The notes beneath the pieces were generated by a model. That model did no database searches. It worked only from the letters and a program-made list of their open reading frames with translations, and was not told the DNA's origin. DNA of 64,000 nucleotides, from positions 136,958,001-137,022,000 of the forward strand of contig NC_042999.1 of the NCBI RefSeq assembly GCF_006345805.1, in the 5' to 3' direction. Positions 26,641 to 40,902 of this stretch are shown piece by piece (within the stretch, counting starts at the first letter, position 1; each line of letters begins with the position of its first letter). Made by a program: the position numbers and the translations under genes. Source of the stretch: Octopus sinensis. Its lineage: Eukaryota.

Positions 26641-27310
26641 TTCTTTTATTCTTTTACTTGTTTGTCATTTGACTGCAGCCATGCTGGGGCACTGCCTTGA
26701 GGGGTTTTAGTTGAACAAATTGACCCCAGGGCTTATTTTTTTTAAGCCTAGTACTTATTTTATCAGTCTCTTTTGCTGAACTGCTAAGTTACAGGATGTA
26801 AACACACCAACACTGGTTGTCAAGCAGTGATGGGGGACAAACACACACATAGACATATATACATATATAATATATAAAACAGGTTCCTTTCAGTTTCCAT
26901 CTACCAAATCCATTCTCAAGGCTTTGGTCAACCTGAGGCTATAACATAAGACAGTGCTACTCAATGTGGTGGTCTGCAGACCAGTGCCAGTCTGTGAACC
27001 CTCAGTTGCTGGTACACAGCAAGTTTCCAGAAAAGAAAGAAACATTATAAAATGCTTTCAAATGCTTATAAAATGCTTATGTAATATTGAATTATTTTTT
27101 ACAAAATAAATATAAAATAAAAATAATTGTCAACTGTTATTATATTCATTATATATATTGTTTCTGGTATAAATTAATATTACTAAGAAATATTACTGGT
27201 TCCTGGCACATGAAAAAAAAAACTGCCAGTATGCCACATCAGATAGTTTGAGAAGCTCTGGTATAAGACACTTGCCCAAGGTGCAACACAGTGGGACTGA
27301 ACATGGAACC
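26641..27310 (-). mobile_element. Microsatellite-bearing SINE split by an hAT-like MITE
   Basis: The SINE sequence gctata...aga|cacttgcccaagg resumes at 27261 after the insertion. Confidence 0.65.
26952..27260. mobile_element. hAT-like MITE
   Basis: TIRs CAGTGCTACTCAA / TTGAGAAGCTCTG; imperfect 8-bp TSD acataaga / gtataaga. Confidence 0.6.
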
Positions 27311-27519
27311 ATATATATATATATGCATGCACACGATAGTCTTCTTTCAGTTTCAGTCTATCAAATTCATTCACAAGACTTTGGTCAGTCCAAGGCTATA
27401 ATAGAAGACACTTGCCAAAGATTCCACACAGTAGAACTGAACCCGGAAACATATGGTTGGGAAGCAAGCTTCTTACCACACAGTCACACCTGGGGAACTT
27501 TTTTCAGTGCTAAAGACCA

Positions 27520-27883
27520 TGGCACCCCGTTGGTTACGACAAGGGTTCCAGTTGATCCAATCAATGGAACAGCCTGCTCGTGAAATTAACGTGCATGTGG
27601 CAGAGCACTCCACAGACACATGTACCCTTAACGTAGTTCTTGGGGAGATTCAGCGTGACACAGTGTGTAACAAGGCTGGCCCTTTGAAATACAGGTACAA
27701 CAGAAACAGGAAGAAAGAGTGAGAGAAAGTTGTGGTGAAGGAGTACAGCAGGGTTCGCCACCACCCTTTGGCAGAGCCTCATGGAGCTTTAGGTGTTTTC
27801 ACTCAATAAACACTCACAATGCCTCGTTTGGGAATCGAAACCATAAGTCCACTGTCCTAACCACTGGGCCATTGCACCTCTAC
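27520..27883 (-). mobile_element. tRNA-headed SINE
   Basis: Minus-strand head gtagaggtgcaatggcccagtggttagg...ggtttcgattccc (Pol III A/B-box-like). Same family as 33285-33492. Confidence 0.7.
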
Positions 27884-28224
27884 AGCCAAAGATAAATTAA
27901 AAGTCTATAAGAACCTATTTGTGTATTTGTGTACTAAGAAAAATAATGAATCTTAAAGTTCACAAACAAATTCATAAGCAGTACAGTGTAATAACAAGAG
28001 GATAACTGGTGTGCCTAGGTAATCCTTTCACTTGACCAGTAACCTCCAAAACAATATAATATATAGTACTACCCCACCAAAAATGCTGTCTGGGACAGAC
28101 CCCCTACCTCACCTTACTTTCTTTTAGCTATACTTGTGCACAGGTATCAATCTTTCATTCAATTACCACCTTTTAGTCAAAGCTTAAACAAGCAAGATTT
28201 TTTATTCTTCTTCCATGGATTTTT

Positions 28225-28930
28225 TAGGTCTCAACTATAGATGATGACTTCCAAAAACAATTTTTCATGCTCAGAATTACTGAAGCATGGAATAGACTAC
28301 CTGCATTTGGTTATTAGCTTTTAGGATACTACATTCTTCAAAACTTCCATGCTTCCCAAAATTCACTGATAGTACACCTGATGCCACCACCCCCACCCCC
28401 CGCGAACTTTATTTTAAACTAGCAGTATCGCCTGGCGTTGCTCGGGTTTGTTTCGACCCTTTAGAATTGGAAGTTTTGAAAAGTAAAAATTTTGCATTAT
28501 GTAGCTTATTATTCTCTTTAGGTGAACATTTTTCTGGTTGGAATACACCGAAAAATGGTGACACAGCAGTCAAAAGATCATAAAAAAAAGGGATTTTCAT
28601 AGAAAAAAGCACCTTTTTGATGTAAATAATTTTTGGTCTTAACCAGGTCCAATGTGAATTTTTTCTTCGGCGGAAGGAAGAGCAAGCTTTCTTCTACCAT
28701 ACTCTCAATTTTGGTCAATTTGCACCGCAGGGTCTCGGAGGAGATAGTGTTAGTTGAAGGCTACCAAACCTGCCACACACAGACAACTTCAGCTTTATAT
28801 ATAGAGAGATTACTCATTTACTGTTTGCTTTCTGTGCAATATTTTTTGTCCTGTACATGCACTTTTGGCTACCTTTTCTGATGAGTTGTAGTGCACCTAA
28901 GCACTGTATACAATAAGTTAATTATTATTA
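28225..28930 (+). mobile_element. CR1/L2-like LINE 3' end interrupted by a Helitron
   Basis: LRITEAWNRLP-like RT C-terminal remnant. The 3' UTR resumes after 28810 and ends in aataagttaattattattat. Confidence 0.5.
28419..28809 (-). mobile_element. Non-autonomous Helitron
   Basis: Minus strand reads A^TCTCTCTATATATAAAG ... cccgagcaacgccaggcgatactgCTAG^T, sharing its 3' end with the 1571 family. Confidence 0.75.
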
Positions 28931-29324
28931 TAACTCCATGGATAATCTCAGTTAATAAAAGTACTTCAACTTACTATATTGCATATGCAAGACACTACTA
29001 TCATGTAGGTAAGATGACAATTGTTGAAAATTCTCTGAAGAATTTAGTATATAGTTAAGTATATACCCAAGTTCTGTCTTCAGTTCCTTTCTTTTCTGGG
29101 TGGGCATGGTGTCTGATTATGTCTTTGAACCTATTTTCCCTGCAGATTTCAATTTGAGAGATCATACAAAGGTTTCGGGCAATGTGCCCACTTTATTGAT
29201 TAACTTATAGCTCATCTCTCTCTATCTATGAAACACACACACTCATATAATGTATATGTACAGATACATCTACATGTACCAGTTCAATCTCAAGTATCTG
29301 AGAGAGCCTGCAGTGTTCATGGAC

Positions 29325-29465
29325 ACTGATATCTGGCTTGCATGTTTGCTTCATTAGTGAATGCCCAGGTGAATGAATGGTTTTCTAAAGTTAGTGTTGC
29401 AAATGGTTTGTCATTTGCATCACAGAGTTCTAAGAGTTTTGCTCTCTCTTTGTTCTAAGTACCAA
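29325..29465 (-). pseudogene. RTE LINE AP-endonuclease remnant
   Basis: NKERAKLLELCDAND, then after a frameshift CNTNFRKP..HL...SKHASQI. Confidence 0.55.
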
Positions 29466-32400
29466 TAAACATAACTTCCAGGTACACCAGAAAAGACGAT
29501 ATGGTGTTGCTCAACATATCAAACCTACAGTCATGATAACAATGTTACTGTTATCTGTAATTGAGGTGGTATAACAAAGGAACTCATAGATATGACCCTT
29601 TTGCTTATGTGTCTGTCTTGGCTGTAGTACATATACAGAGATAACTAGTGCTTCTGTGTTGCCTGTGACAAATCTAAGCTTCATTATTTAGTTACATATA
29701 ATATATCAAAAGACAAATGAATACCAGCAGAATTTTAACTAAAACATGTATTTAGAAATACACCAGGTGTTTTTTTAATTAAATAATGTCAGGTGGGGCT
29801 GCAGTGCTCATGACCACTGCAGGCTTTGTACACACATACATTATATGAGTGTGTATGTGTGTTTCAAAGATAGAAAGAAAGGCTGTAAGTTAATCAGTAA
29901 AGTGAGCACAATCCCTGTGACATTTGCATGATCTCTCAAACTGAACTTCTGCAGGGAAAATACACTCAAAGAAAGAAACAGGGTGTCTGGTCCAAATGAT
30001 TACAGTAGAGTTAACTTCACAAAAGGCAACCTAAGTGGCAATGTGAAATCAGATGGCATGCTAGATTTATCTGATACTTTTCCATCTTATCCAAGAGATT
30101 ATAAAAGCTTGAAACTCCTGCTAGATAGAAATTTTCGAATTCCACAAAATTAAATCCTGTCTGATATTGAATAATAATAAAGATAATGTGACTCAGATAT
30201 TGATGTCATAAAGAAGTCAAGGTTAAGGAGTTCTTTTATTCAACAACAGTTGTAGTGCTAATATCTAATCTTCCAATTCTTAACAGTGGAAAATTATTTC
30301 TCAATACTTCAGGATAAATTTTGAAATCTTGAAATATACAGGGATTTTTTTCTTCAAATTTTCATTGATTCTCCTTAAAAATCAATATTTTAATTGATGT
30401 GCAAAATCAATAACTTGGCAGTTTAAGCCTCACCAGTACTATGGTTGTCATTCCATTTAATCAGGTGTTGAGATATTGATTTCTTTTCCAGCAGGTACAA
30501 AGGGCAGGACCTATAATTTAACAAGTGAAAAGGAATATTGCCACATTCATGCCTTTTCCTAAGGGCATCAGCATAGATGAAACATCTTCAACCAGCAATA
30601 GAAACCATATTATCTTCTTGTTTGGCCAGGAGCATTGTTATCTGTTCTCTTGCTCTACAGTACTCACCTCAAATAAGATGATGATTTCCAAAACAGTCTT
30701 CTGTAAACGTTTTTTAAAAACTTATCAAAAATATTTGGGTGATGCCCAGGGAATATTATTCTGTATCTATTCCATAATGTTAGCTTCATTATTTGTATTG
30801 ATAGCCTGTTGAGCAACCCCATAAGAGGCTCCCAAGTTGGCTCAATTACTCCCTAGTTGTATTCAATTGTGTTATATTCAGTTGGATTGTATATATTGCC
30901 TTGTGTTGTCATGTTGATGATACCGCTGTTATTATTGATATTGTTGATGTAGCTGCTGCTACAGCTGCTGTTGCTGTTATTGTTATTCATTTTGTTGATG
31001 TTGTACATCAACAGTATTAATAATTATTGGTGAACATTGCTTAATTTTGATCAATCAGACCTATGAACAATAAACACTCTAACCATAGTTGTCTCATCTT
31101 TTTTTGCAGAAACAGTGTTTCTGTGATTGTATCCAATGTGATCTTCACTTTTTGAGATAAGGAGTGATTTGAGAGAATTTGGTGGTAATTTCTAGTATGT
31201 CAAGCAACCATATTAAAGCAATAGCAACAATTTTTGTTGTTTTGTGCTCTGCTGTGCTGTGTTGTCTTGCTGGCAAGGTTTGGACTCTATGACAGGATCT
31301 AATGGGGGATAAGGATTGCATTATGTTCCAGTATCTGGTTTGGTATGGTTTCTATGGCAGGATGCCCTTCCTAATATCAACCACCTTTGAGCATGTACTG
31401 GTTGCTTTTTTTTCATCTCTTGAGCCCTTGTGAGGTCACCATACAGCTCACAGAGGAGATGAGGGAGTAAAGTATGAAAAAATGGGAGGGAGAAGGGGTA
31501 AGCAGACTCTTGTAGAGAAACTACAAGGTTACTCATCTTTAGGAGAGAGTAAGAACGGTAGGAGCTGCAAGGACATTTTACCCCCTGCAGGACAATTCCC
31601 CCCAATGACAACTATCCCCTAGGACAGTCACCTCTCTTGTTAATTACCCCCTCTCCAATATATTAAGTAGTTTTAAATCATCTAAAAGTACAAATTGTGT
31701 GTTTCCTTGCAAATATTGTACCACATTTATGTTTTCATAATTGCTAACTGGCATTAATACTGGCTGAAACATCTAAATATTCTTTTTTAGATGGCTGTTT
31801 AGCAAAACCTGCCAAGGATTGAGTGTATAAAATTCATCAGTATTTAAGCCGCAGGGCCAAATTGGGGGAAAATTTTTGTTTTATCCACACATAAAGTGCA
31901 CCAGTGTTTAAAAGACGTATAAAGCTACAGGTGCACAGCTAGCTTTTGTGTTGTTGACATGTATATAGATTCAAAATGCCATATTTTATAACTATGAGAT
32001 GTATTATGATTTTATCTTACTAAAACCAACAACAAATACATTTCGTCAATATTAAAGTCTTTATTAGATTAAAAATAACATTATCAAAATGTGAACATTA
32101 TCAAAATATAAAAAGAAATATACTTTGCTTCTTTCAGGCACCAATGTACTGTAGCAGTAGTCTTTCACATTGTTTACCGACTAACTTTTCCTCTGAAAAA
32201 ATCAGTGGAATCATCTGATCTCCATACACAAATTATTTTCCTCCAAAAACTTATAAAACATACACAAATTAGGCACACCTTTCCCTAAGCCACACACTAA
32301 ATTTCTCAGGTAAAAAGGGTGGCTTATACATTGGAAAATACAGTACACATCGGGGGGTTAACTGCTTAAGGATAATTGTCCTAAGGGGTTGTTGTCCTCA

Positions 32401-33284
32401 GGGGTACTTGTCCATGGGGTGGGGTAAATGTCCTAGACTCAGTCCAGATGGCTTCTCAATGTACGAGATGTGTAGAAGTGTGTTGGGACAGGATTTTGCA
32501 AGAATTTATGGGCGAGCAAGAGATGTGAGCAGATAGGAGGTAAGTAACAACTTTAAAGATTGGGATTGAAAAGTGTTGGGAGTAATGGATGACCAATGAT
32601 GCATGCGTTGGGGAATGTAGAGGGGTGGGGGAGAGCAGCAGGATAGTAATAGTGATAGTAGTGATGATACAGTTAACAGGGAAAACAAGAAAGAGATGAC
32701 ATGTGGTTGAGATGGGGAGAGAGGCAGGTATAGTGCATGAGAGGAGATAATTAGGTGAGAGAGATGAATCACTAATGTGGGCGAGAACAATGCTTAATGG
32801 ATGAAGAAAGACTAACAAGTAAAATAGTTCAAGGTATCAAGAAAGTACAATTATCTTGGTGTGTGGAGAGGGGGTAGTCACAATGGTTGGAGGAGAGTTC
32901 AGAGAAGACTGGACAAGGTGTCTATATGTACTTATACATGCAAACAGTGCATGTAGGAGTCAGTTTCACAAAGTTGGGCAGATTTTCTTGAGATCCTCGT
33001 ATTGCTAGAAATCCTGGTCCTTTCTCATCTTCTCCATGAGGTTAAGGGTCTTGAGATCAGCCTTACAATTTTGTCCCATGTTTTTCTAGGTCTTCATTTT
33101 CCATGCCCAGAATTTCCACTCTAATACTTCTATAAATTCAGCTAGATCATCAGTATATGGGAGTTGTCAAGGACATCCAGTTGTAAACGCTCTGTGATGG
33201 CCTGTTGGACAAATATATATATATATCACGTGATCACGTGACCGACCAGACCATCAGATGTTTTACACATCGCTGGTCACAATG

Positions 33285-33489
33285 CTGGCTAAGCGAGCAG
33301 GCCAACAGAAAAAAGAGTGGGAGAAAGAGTGGTGAAAGAGTACAGCAGGGATCACCACCCCCTGCCGGAGCCTCGTGAAGCTCTTAGGTGTTTTCACTCA
33401 ACAAACACTCACAACGCCCAGTCTGGGAATCGAAACCGCGATCCTACGATCGCGAGTCTGCTGCCCTAACCACTAGGCCATTGCGCCTC

Positions 33490-33492
<3 letters not shown>
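33285..33492 (-). mobile_element. tRNA-headed SINE
   Basis: gtggaggcgcaatggcctagtggttagggcagcagactcgcgatcgtaggatcgcggtttcgattcccag followed by a non-tRNA body. Confidence 0.75.
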
Positions 33493-33522
<30 letters not shown>

Positions 33523-33589
33523 ATTTAATAAATAAAATATATGCATACATACATATATGTACGTACCTACATCTGCATGTATATATACA

Positions 33590-33625
<36 letters not shown>

Positions 33626-33648
33626 TATATATATATATATATATATAT

Positions 33649-34115
33649 GAGTACAGGACACCACAAATAGACTTAGAACTCAACGAGAAACAAAAACATA
33701 CATGGAAACGGACTATTTTTTTAACAACGAAAAAACAGAGTACAAGACAAACAATACAAGGAATATTCCCCTTCATCAGCTGTCCCTGGTTCGACTCCAT
33801 GCGTGTTTCGAAGGTAAGGACAGAACAAAACCCGTCGAACCGGTCCTTCCTGCAAAAGAATTAAATAAAATTCCTTTGCAGAGGGGTAAAAACAAGGAAA
33901 GAAAAAAATGTGACAAGAACAGGACGTAAAAGCAATACAAATAAAAATACAAATGCAAATACAAAAAATACAGTACACATAAAGAATAAAAACAGGACAA
34001 GGAAACCAACATTGAGGGCCTTTTTTTAAGCCTAGACGATGGAAAAATTCAGAGCGCAAGAAAAAAGTCATGTTGACCTGTAGAAGGCTGCGGGCGAAAG
34101 GAAGCTGGTCGAGTA
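33649..34115 (-). mobile_element. Unclassified repeat, possibly Penelope-related, carrying hammerhead-like boxes
   Basis: Contains CTGATGA and GAAAC boxes and several complementary segments on the minus strand (33768-33841). Bounded by a TA array and an RTE fragment. Confidence 0.3.
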
Positions 34116-34119
34116 TGTG

Positions 34120-34771
34120 TGTGTTATGTATGGATGAGGACAGCTTGTGTGAGGAAATGCCACTCCTTAACTGTGGAAGGAACCTGTGGCAGAGGTAGAC
34201 CCTGGAAGACATGGGATGAAGTGAAGCATGACCTTCAAACATTGGGCCTCACAGAGGCAATGACAGGAGACCGAGACCTTTGGAAATATGCTGTGTTTAA
34301 GAAGACCCGGCAACTAAAGTGAGATTGCAGCCATGCATATCTGGCCCAGTTAAAAGTACCTCTGATGCATCAGGCGATATGATATGCTTGAGAAGGCCTG
34401 TTGAGTCAAGTAAAACCAATATCATAGCTGTGGTCAGTGTCCCCTGACTGGTTCCCATGCTGGTGGCATGTAAAAAGCACTATATAAATGTGGCCAATGC
34501 CAGTACCCACTAACTGGCCCCTGTGCCAGTGACATGTAAACAGCACTATCTGAACATAATCGATGTCAGGCCCGCCTGACTGGCTCCTGTGCTAGTAGCA
34601 TGTAAAAAGCATCCACTACACTCTCGGAGTGGTTGGTGTTAGGAAGGGCATCTAGCTGTAGAAACATTGTCAGATCAGATTGGAGCCTGGTGCAGCTGCT
34701 GGCTCTCCAGATCTCAGTCAAACCGTCCTACCCATGCCAGCATAGAAAACGGATGTCAAACGATGATGATG

Positions 34772-34773
<2 letters not shown>
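34120..34773 (+). mobile_element. RTE LINE 3' end (ORF tail, 3' UTR, (GAT)n tail)
   Basis: KCHSLTVEGTCGRGRPWKTWDEVKHDLQTLGLTEAMTGDRDLWKYAV, homologous to 43900-44060 on the minus strand. Ends ggatgtcaaacgatgatgatgat. Confidence 0.85.
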
Positions 34774-34832
<59 letters not shown>

Positions 34833-35344
34833 GTGTGTGTGTATACATGTATGTATGTGTGTGTGTCAACATCCATGTTTATGGCCTATGTCCCACAAAT
34901 TGGCAATAGAAATCGATAAAACAAATATTAGACTTTAAAATAAGTACCGAAGTTAAATTATTAAGACTAGATCCTTGAAGACAGTGCTCCAGCATGGTTC
35001 TGTTTAAGTTCTGCAAGCATTAAAAGAACCTTATATATTTATATACCCGTCTATCTTATCTATTTATCTGTCTCTATGTATGCCTATATCTATCAATCTC
35101 TTTATATATCCTTTTATTCTGCGCGCGTGCACACACAAACACACACATACACACAAACACACACATACACACACACACACATACACCTAGCCGTTCCATT
35201 AATTAAACCATTAAATATGTATTTATGTATCTTTCCATTCGTCCACCTGGCATGAACTAAAATAACCTAGGTAGAACTGCAAAACCAAGAACAGATATAA
35301 CAAGAGTTATCTCCCTTAGCCACTTCCTTATGTCATTCTCTTTC

Positions 35345-35459
35345 GAATAAGCTAAGTGAATGAGCAAAAGCTGAGGCAAGAATCGATTTTTATTATACCT
35401 TAATGGTGTAATAAAAATCATTTTTTGCCTCAACTTTTGCTCGCTCACTTAGCTTATTC
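35345..35459. repeat. Imperfect palindrome (arms about 55 bp, 5-nt loop)
   Basis: gaataagctaagtgaatgagcaaaagctgaggca...tattatacc ttaat ggtgtaata...tgcctcaacttttgctcgctcacttagcttattc. Confidence 0.8.
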
Positions 35460-35567
35460 AAAATTTGCGTGTTATAGACAAGAAAATATAAAAATTGGAT
35501 CGAACAGGTAAGTTGTCTCACCATTCATTAATTGTTATGTTGACTTTGCACTTTCCTAATGATTCAC

Positions 35568-35964
35568 GGATCTTTTCGGTTTGAACGGCAGTTTTTCTAG
35601 CGGTGTCATATGAAATTATGACCCTAGTATCGATCTATTGCATTTCAATCTGTTTCAGGGTTTGGGGTGGGGGGAAGGGTATCTTTTTTTCTTCAGAAAT
35701 TGTAATAAGCCCAATCTGTTTCTTAAACGAGGGACATATTCATACGGCACAGAATGTTTTCACCTCAATAGACGTCATTGATTGGTTGAAATTGCAGAAA
35801 TTGAAGAAAAAAAAACAACAAATATCTTACAAACTATAGAATTTTCTCAATAAAGCCAAGAGAAAAAGATGTTTTATAAACACATTCTACCAGTATACGA
35901 AGTTTAAAAGTGTTTAGTTACGTGGAAATTATTTTAAAAACTGCCGTTCAAACCGAAAAGATCC
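35568..35964. mobile_element. Merlin-like MITE (GG-initiated TIRs, 8-bp TSD)
   Basis: 28-bp TIR GGATCTTTTCGGTTTGAACGGCAGTTTT. Perfect TSD tgattcac at 35560-35567 and 35965-35972. Confidence 0.8.
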
Positions 35965-36347
35965 TGATTCACTTGAAATTTCATTCACTATTTAACTCCC
36001 AATAAACCTTAAAAAAATTGAATAAAAACTCAGCTGTCAAGTTGTTTAGTTTTCTGAGCTTTATCAAGCTGGTAAATATCAAATCATTGGTTTCATTGAG
36101 CCGTAATATATTTTTTCTTCAATATAATCAAGATATTCGCCAATCATCCACACTGATATTGCTTTTGCATTCAGTCATTGTCATTTCGCAACTCTAAACA
36201 CTAGCTGGTTGGCCTATACAGTAGGTTACAGTTCGCTACTGTCAGGGCTGGCCTTAAGCCGATTGGACCGATTGCTCCCAATAGGACCCCGCTCTCAAGA
36301 GGGTCAAATTCTATACTGCAACTTTTCATAAATATCTATCTGTCTGT

Positions 36348-37700
<1,353 letters not shown>

Positions 37701-39143
37701 ATGCTACAACATCCATATCATATTGATGTTTAATATATCCTCACTTCCTAAAGATTTAAAGGAATTTTACAGCTATTCCTAGCATGTTTATTGACTTGTA
37801 AAGACTCCTTCACTGGCCCCTTATGTACTAGTTAGACTGTTAGTAAAATGGTCTTTAGTGAGAAGTGTTACAGTCACACAACAGTTAACATATGTGAAAA
37901 AAAATAATAATAACCAGATCTCTACATTGCTGACAAATTGCTAAACATCTGTGATGTCATTTAGCTTACTTGTAATATTCATTCTGATTAGGACTTTCAT
38001 TTGTCCTAGTTTCATCAGGACTCTCCTGATTTAATAATGTTGGTTATACTTTTTATCCTGGTTTATCAGGAAATGTTAAGTATTAATTAGTCTTCTTGAT
38101 GCATTATGAAACAACTATAGCAATAATTCGACCAGGATTTGAAACTAAAACTCTCAAGTTCATTCACATGCATAAACCATGACATTCAGAATTGTTCCTT
38201 GAATTGAAGAAAAAAGAGAAGGCTATTTAAAAATCAGATGTCCACTATGAAAGTAAGTTAGTAACAATCAATTTTCATAAGCTGAGAGAAAGAATAAAGT
38301 TCTGAATACTGACCATTCACACAGTAATAACTGATTATATTAGGCCTTATATAAGATATGTTTTACATGAGGAATAGAGGCATACTGCAGAGTTTGGATG
38401 ATTCAGATCATTTCACAGACAATTCACCAAAATGACCACTGACTAAGATATCTCTCATACTGTTTTTGTCTTTTATCTTTTTTTTCTCTGTCTTAACCAA
38501 GCTGCCAAGAACTACTGGATTTTTGACAATCATACTTAATTCTTCTTTCCCTCACACACACATATATTTATGGAAACATACACCTTCTCTCCAATGAGTA
38601 TTTTGTTTGTTTGTTTTTTTTTTGTGCTGTACACACAAACACACACACACACACATACACTTGTAGTTAAGATCAACCAAAGGATTGGAAAGGAAGTAAT
38701 ATTGATGAATTATTTGATGAAGATGTTATTGAATAGAGCTTTTGAGCTTCTAAAGTAGAAGTCTGGAGAATACAGAACTCTAAGTGTGGAAAAGAAGTGG
38801 CAATTTTTATATTTTGTCCATTGTATATTAGTGAAAAAAACTCTTGGTACCATACATTCTTTGTCTTCCCTGTATTTCTGTGACAGTTGAATGAGTATCT
38901 TCTGTAACAAATAATGTGTGGTCAGATGAGTGGGGCAATATGGCAGAAGCTATAGTCAGGAGTTTTCTGATAACTAAAATAAACATCCTATCAAGCCACT
39001 CAAGATTTTTTCAGAAAATTAAAACTGACAATGAATTTCAAAGTAGTTTCAATTAAAAAAAAATTGTCAAAGTGCTGGTGATTGAATAACATATTACTTG
39101 ACAATAAAATATGTTTGTTTTTAAATGCTATTCTATTTGATAA

Positions 39144-39539
39144 TCTTTATATATAAAAGTGAGGTTGTGTGCTGTCTGTCTCCTACAATTTAGATTCCTA
39201 ACTACTCCCACATTTTGCGGTGCAGTTTAACCAAAACCGGGTATCTTATAGTCGTGATTTATATCGAGCTCTTCTGGGTATTAGCGCGCGTCTACAATGA
39301 GTCTACGATTTAAAAAAAAATTTACCATCAATTTTTCCCATTTTTAATGCATTTTTGGCATATATAAGGGAAGTAACTCTCTAAAAATGTATTATTAAAT
39401 CTCAGAACGTAAAAAGCTACAGTAACAACCCCCCCTTTGTGTTAGCCATATTGAGATGGCTATTATACTTTACATCTCTAAAAATGCTTATATAGTTATT
39501 TCCCTTACAAACCCGAGCAACCCCGGGCGATACTGCTAG
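39144..39539 (+). mobile_element. Non-autonomous Helitron (same family as 1571-1962)
   Basis: A^TC...cccgagcaaccccgggcgatactgCTAG^T. Confidence 0.75.
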
Positions 39540-40902
39540 TATTATATATACATGTAGCATGTCTGGTAATATGGCTAGCGGTATTTCATCCATTTTTACA
39601 TTTTGAGTTCACCAAGGTCGACTTTGTCTGTCATCATTTTGGGGTCAATAAAATAAGTATTAGTTGAGCACTGGGGTCGATGTAAAATGACTTAACCCTC
39701 TCCTGAACTTGCTGACATTATGCCAAAATTTGAAATCAATATTTTACCTGCATGTGCTGTCAAGTAAAGATTAATTGCTTTGTATATCCATTTACCCATG
39801 CCAGCATGGAACGCGGACGTTAAATGATGATGGTGATGATCTGACTGGTGGGAAGAGGAAACTCACTCTACTTTAATACCCAACCAATATGCTACAGTTT
39901 TTCAGATTTTGCATAATATTCCAAAAGAAACTAAAACTAGAACCATAGAAGTTTCAATTCCTGTGGTCCCACTTTTGACTTCTTTTGGTCCTGGTTCACT
40001 GCTAAAAATTATTGTAAGCCTACTTCTAGTTGAGATAATTGACACTTTTCATTTGTAATTCTCCAAATTCCTTAGAATGTGTGACAATCAAAACTAAGAG
40101 CCCATGATCTTCAGAATGTTATGAATTGTGGTGGAACACTTATATTGTACAGCTTCTCCTCTATTCACCAAACTAAATGTGATTTCAGATTGATATACAT
40201 TTGCCTAAGAAAATACTAGAAATATATTTTAGATTTAGAAAATAATTCTTTGGTTGAGAATATTTTCGAAGTATGGGATTTTGTGATAACTAGAAATAGT
40301 GTATACCATATTTTTGAACCAATGTTTTATACTGGTTTTTGATAAAGCTTGAAGAAGTAAATTTAAGCGATATTTCCGGACAATTGCGAATTTGTAGGAA
40401 AGGTTTAACATAACCTGAGGTGAGCAATAAGCCTAAAATTATTCCCTATTAGAATTACTTCCCTTTAAGTTAAAGTTGACATTTGTTAGCTCCCTTATAT
40501 TAGTAGCTGTTTTTAAGCACCGTCGGCTTACAATTTTCTTAATTTTAAACGATAGATCTTTATGCTGAGACTGCCCCCTCAGCTCATCAACAATCTGATT
40601 CCACTATCACATTCTTTCTTTCTGTTATACTAAGGCCTTCATAAATCACCACTTTATATTCTCCATCGCTACTACAATACTACCACTTCATCTGTCTCTT
40701 ATACGGCAAACTTCAGTTATTATCATCACACTGTAACCACTACTGCATCCTCCCTTTCTCTATACCTCTTCTACTGCAACTTTCATACGCCACCAATACA
40801 CGACATCCTCCCTGTATCACATATATTTTGCTATTATAATTTTCACGTATTACAACCACCCCAAGTACACCAATATAATGTACCTTCCCTTTGTCTCTTG
40901 TT

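Noticed and set aside
29950-30812. Protein-like reading frames on both strands with few stops
   Set aside because: I recognise no family, and open stretches of this length are expected by chance in 64 kb. A tblastx search would settle it.
31570-32440. Possible element with inverted ggacattttacccc / ggggtaaatgtcc ends and a nested MITE remnant
   Set aside because: The termini are too degenerate and there is no TSD, so neither boundaries nor class can be supported.
33400-33492. tRNA gene candidates at SINE heads (also 27883, 40903 and 57386-57464)
   Set aside because: They have A/B boxes but no complete acceptor stem, and they run into repeat bodies.
38100-38910. Coding-like fragments (HYETTIAIIRPGF..., KDWKGSNIDELFDEDVIE...) with a gtaagt donor
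   Set aside because: They contain multiple in-frame stops and no recognisable domain.
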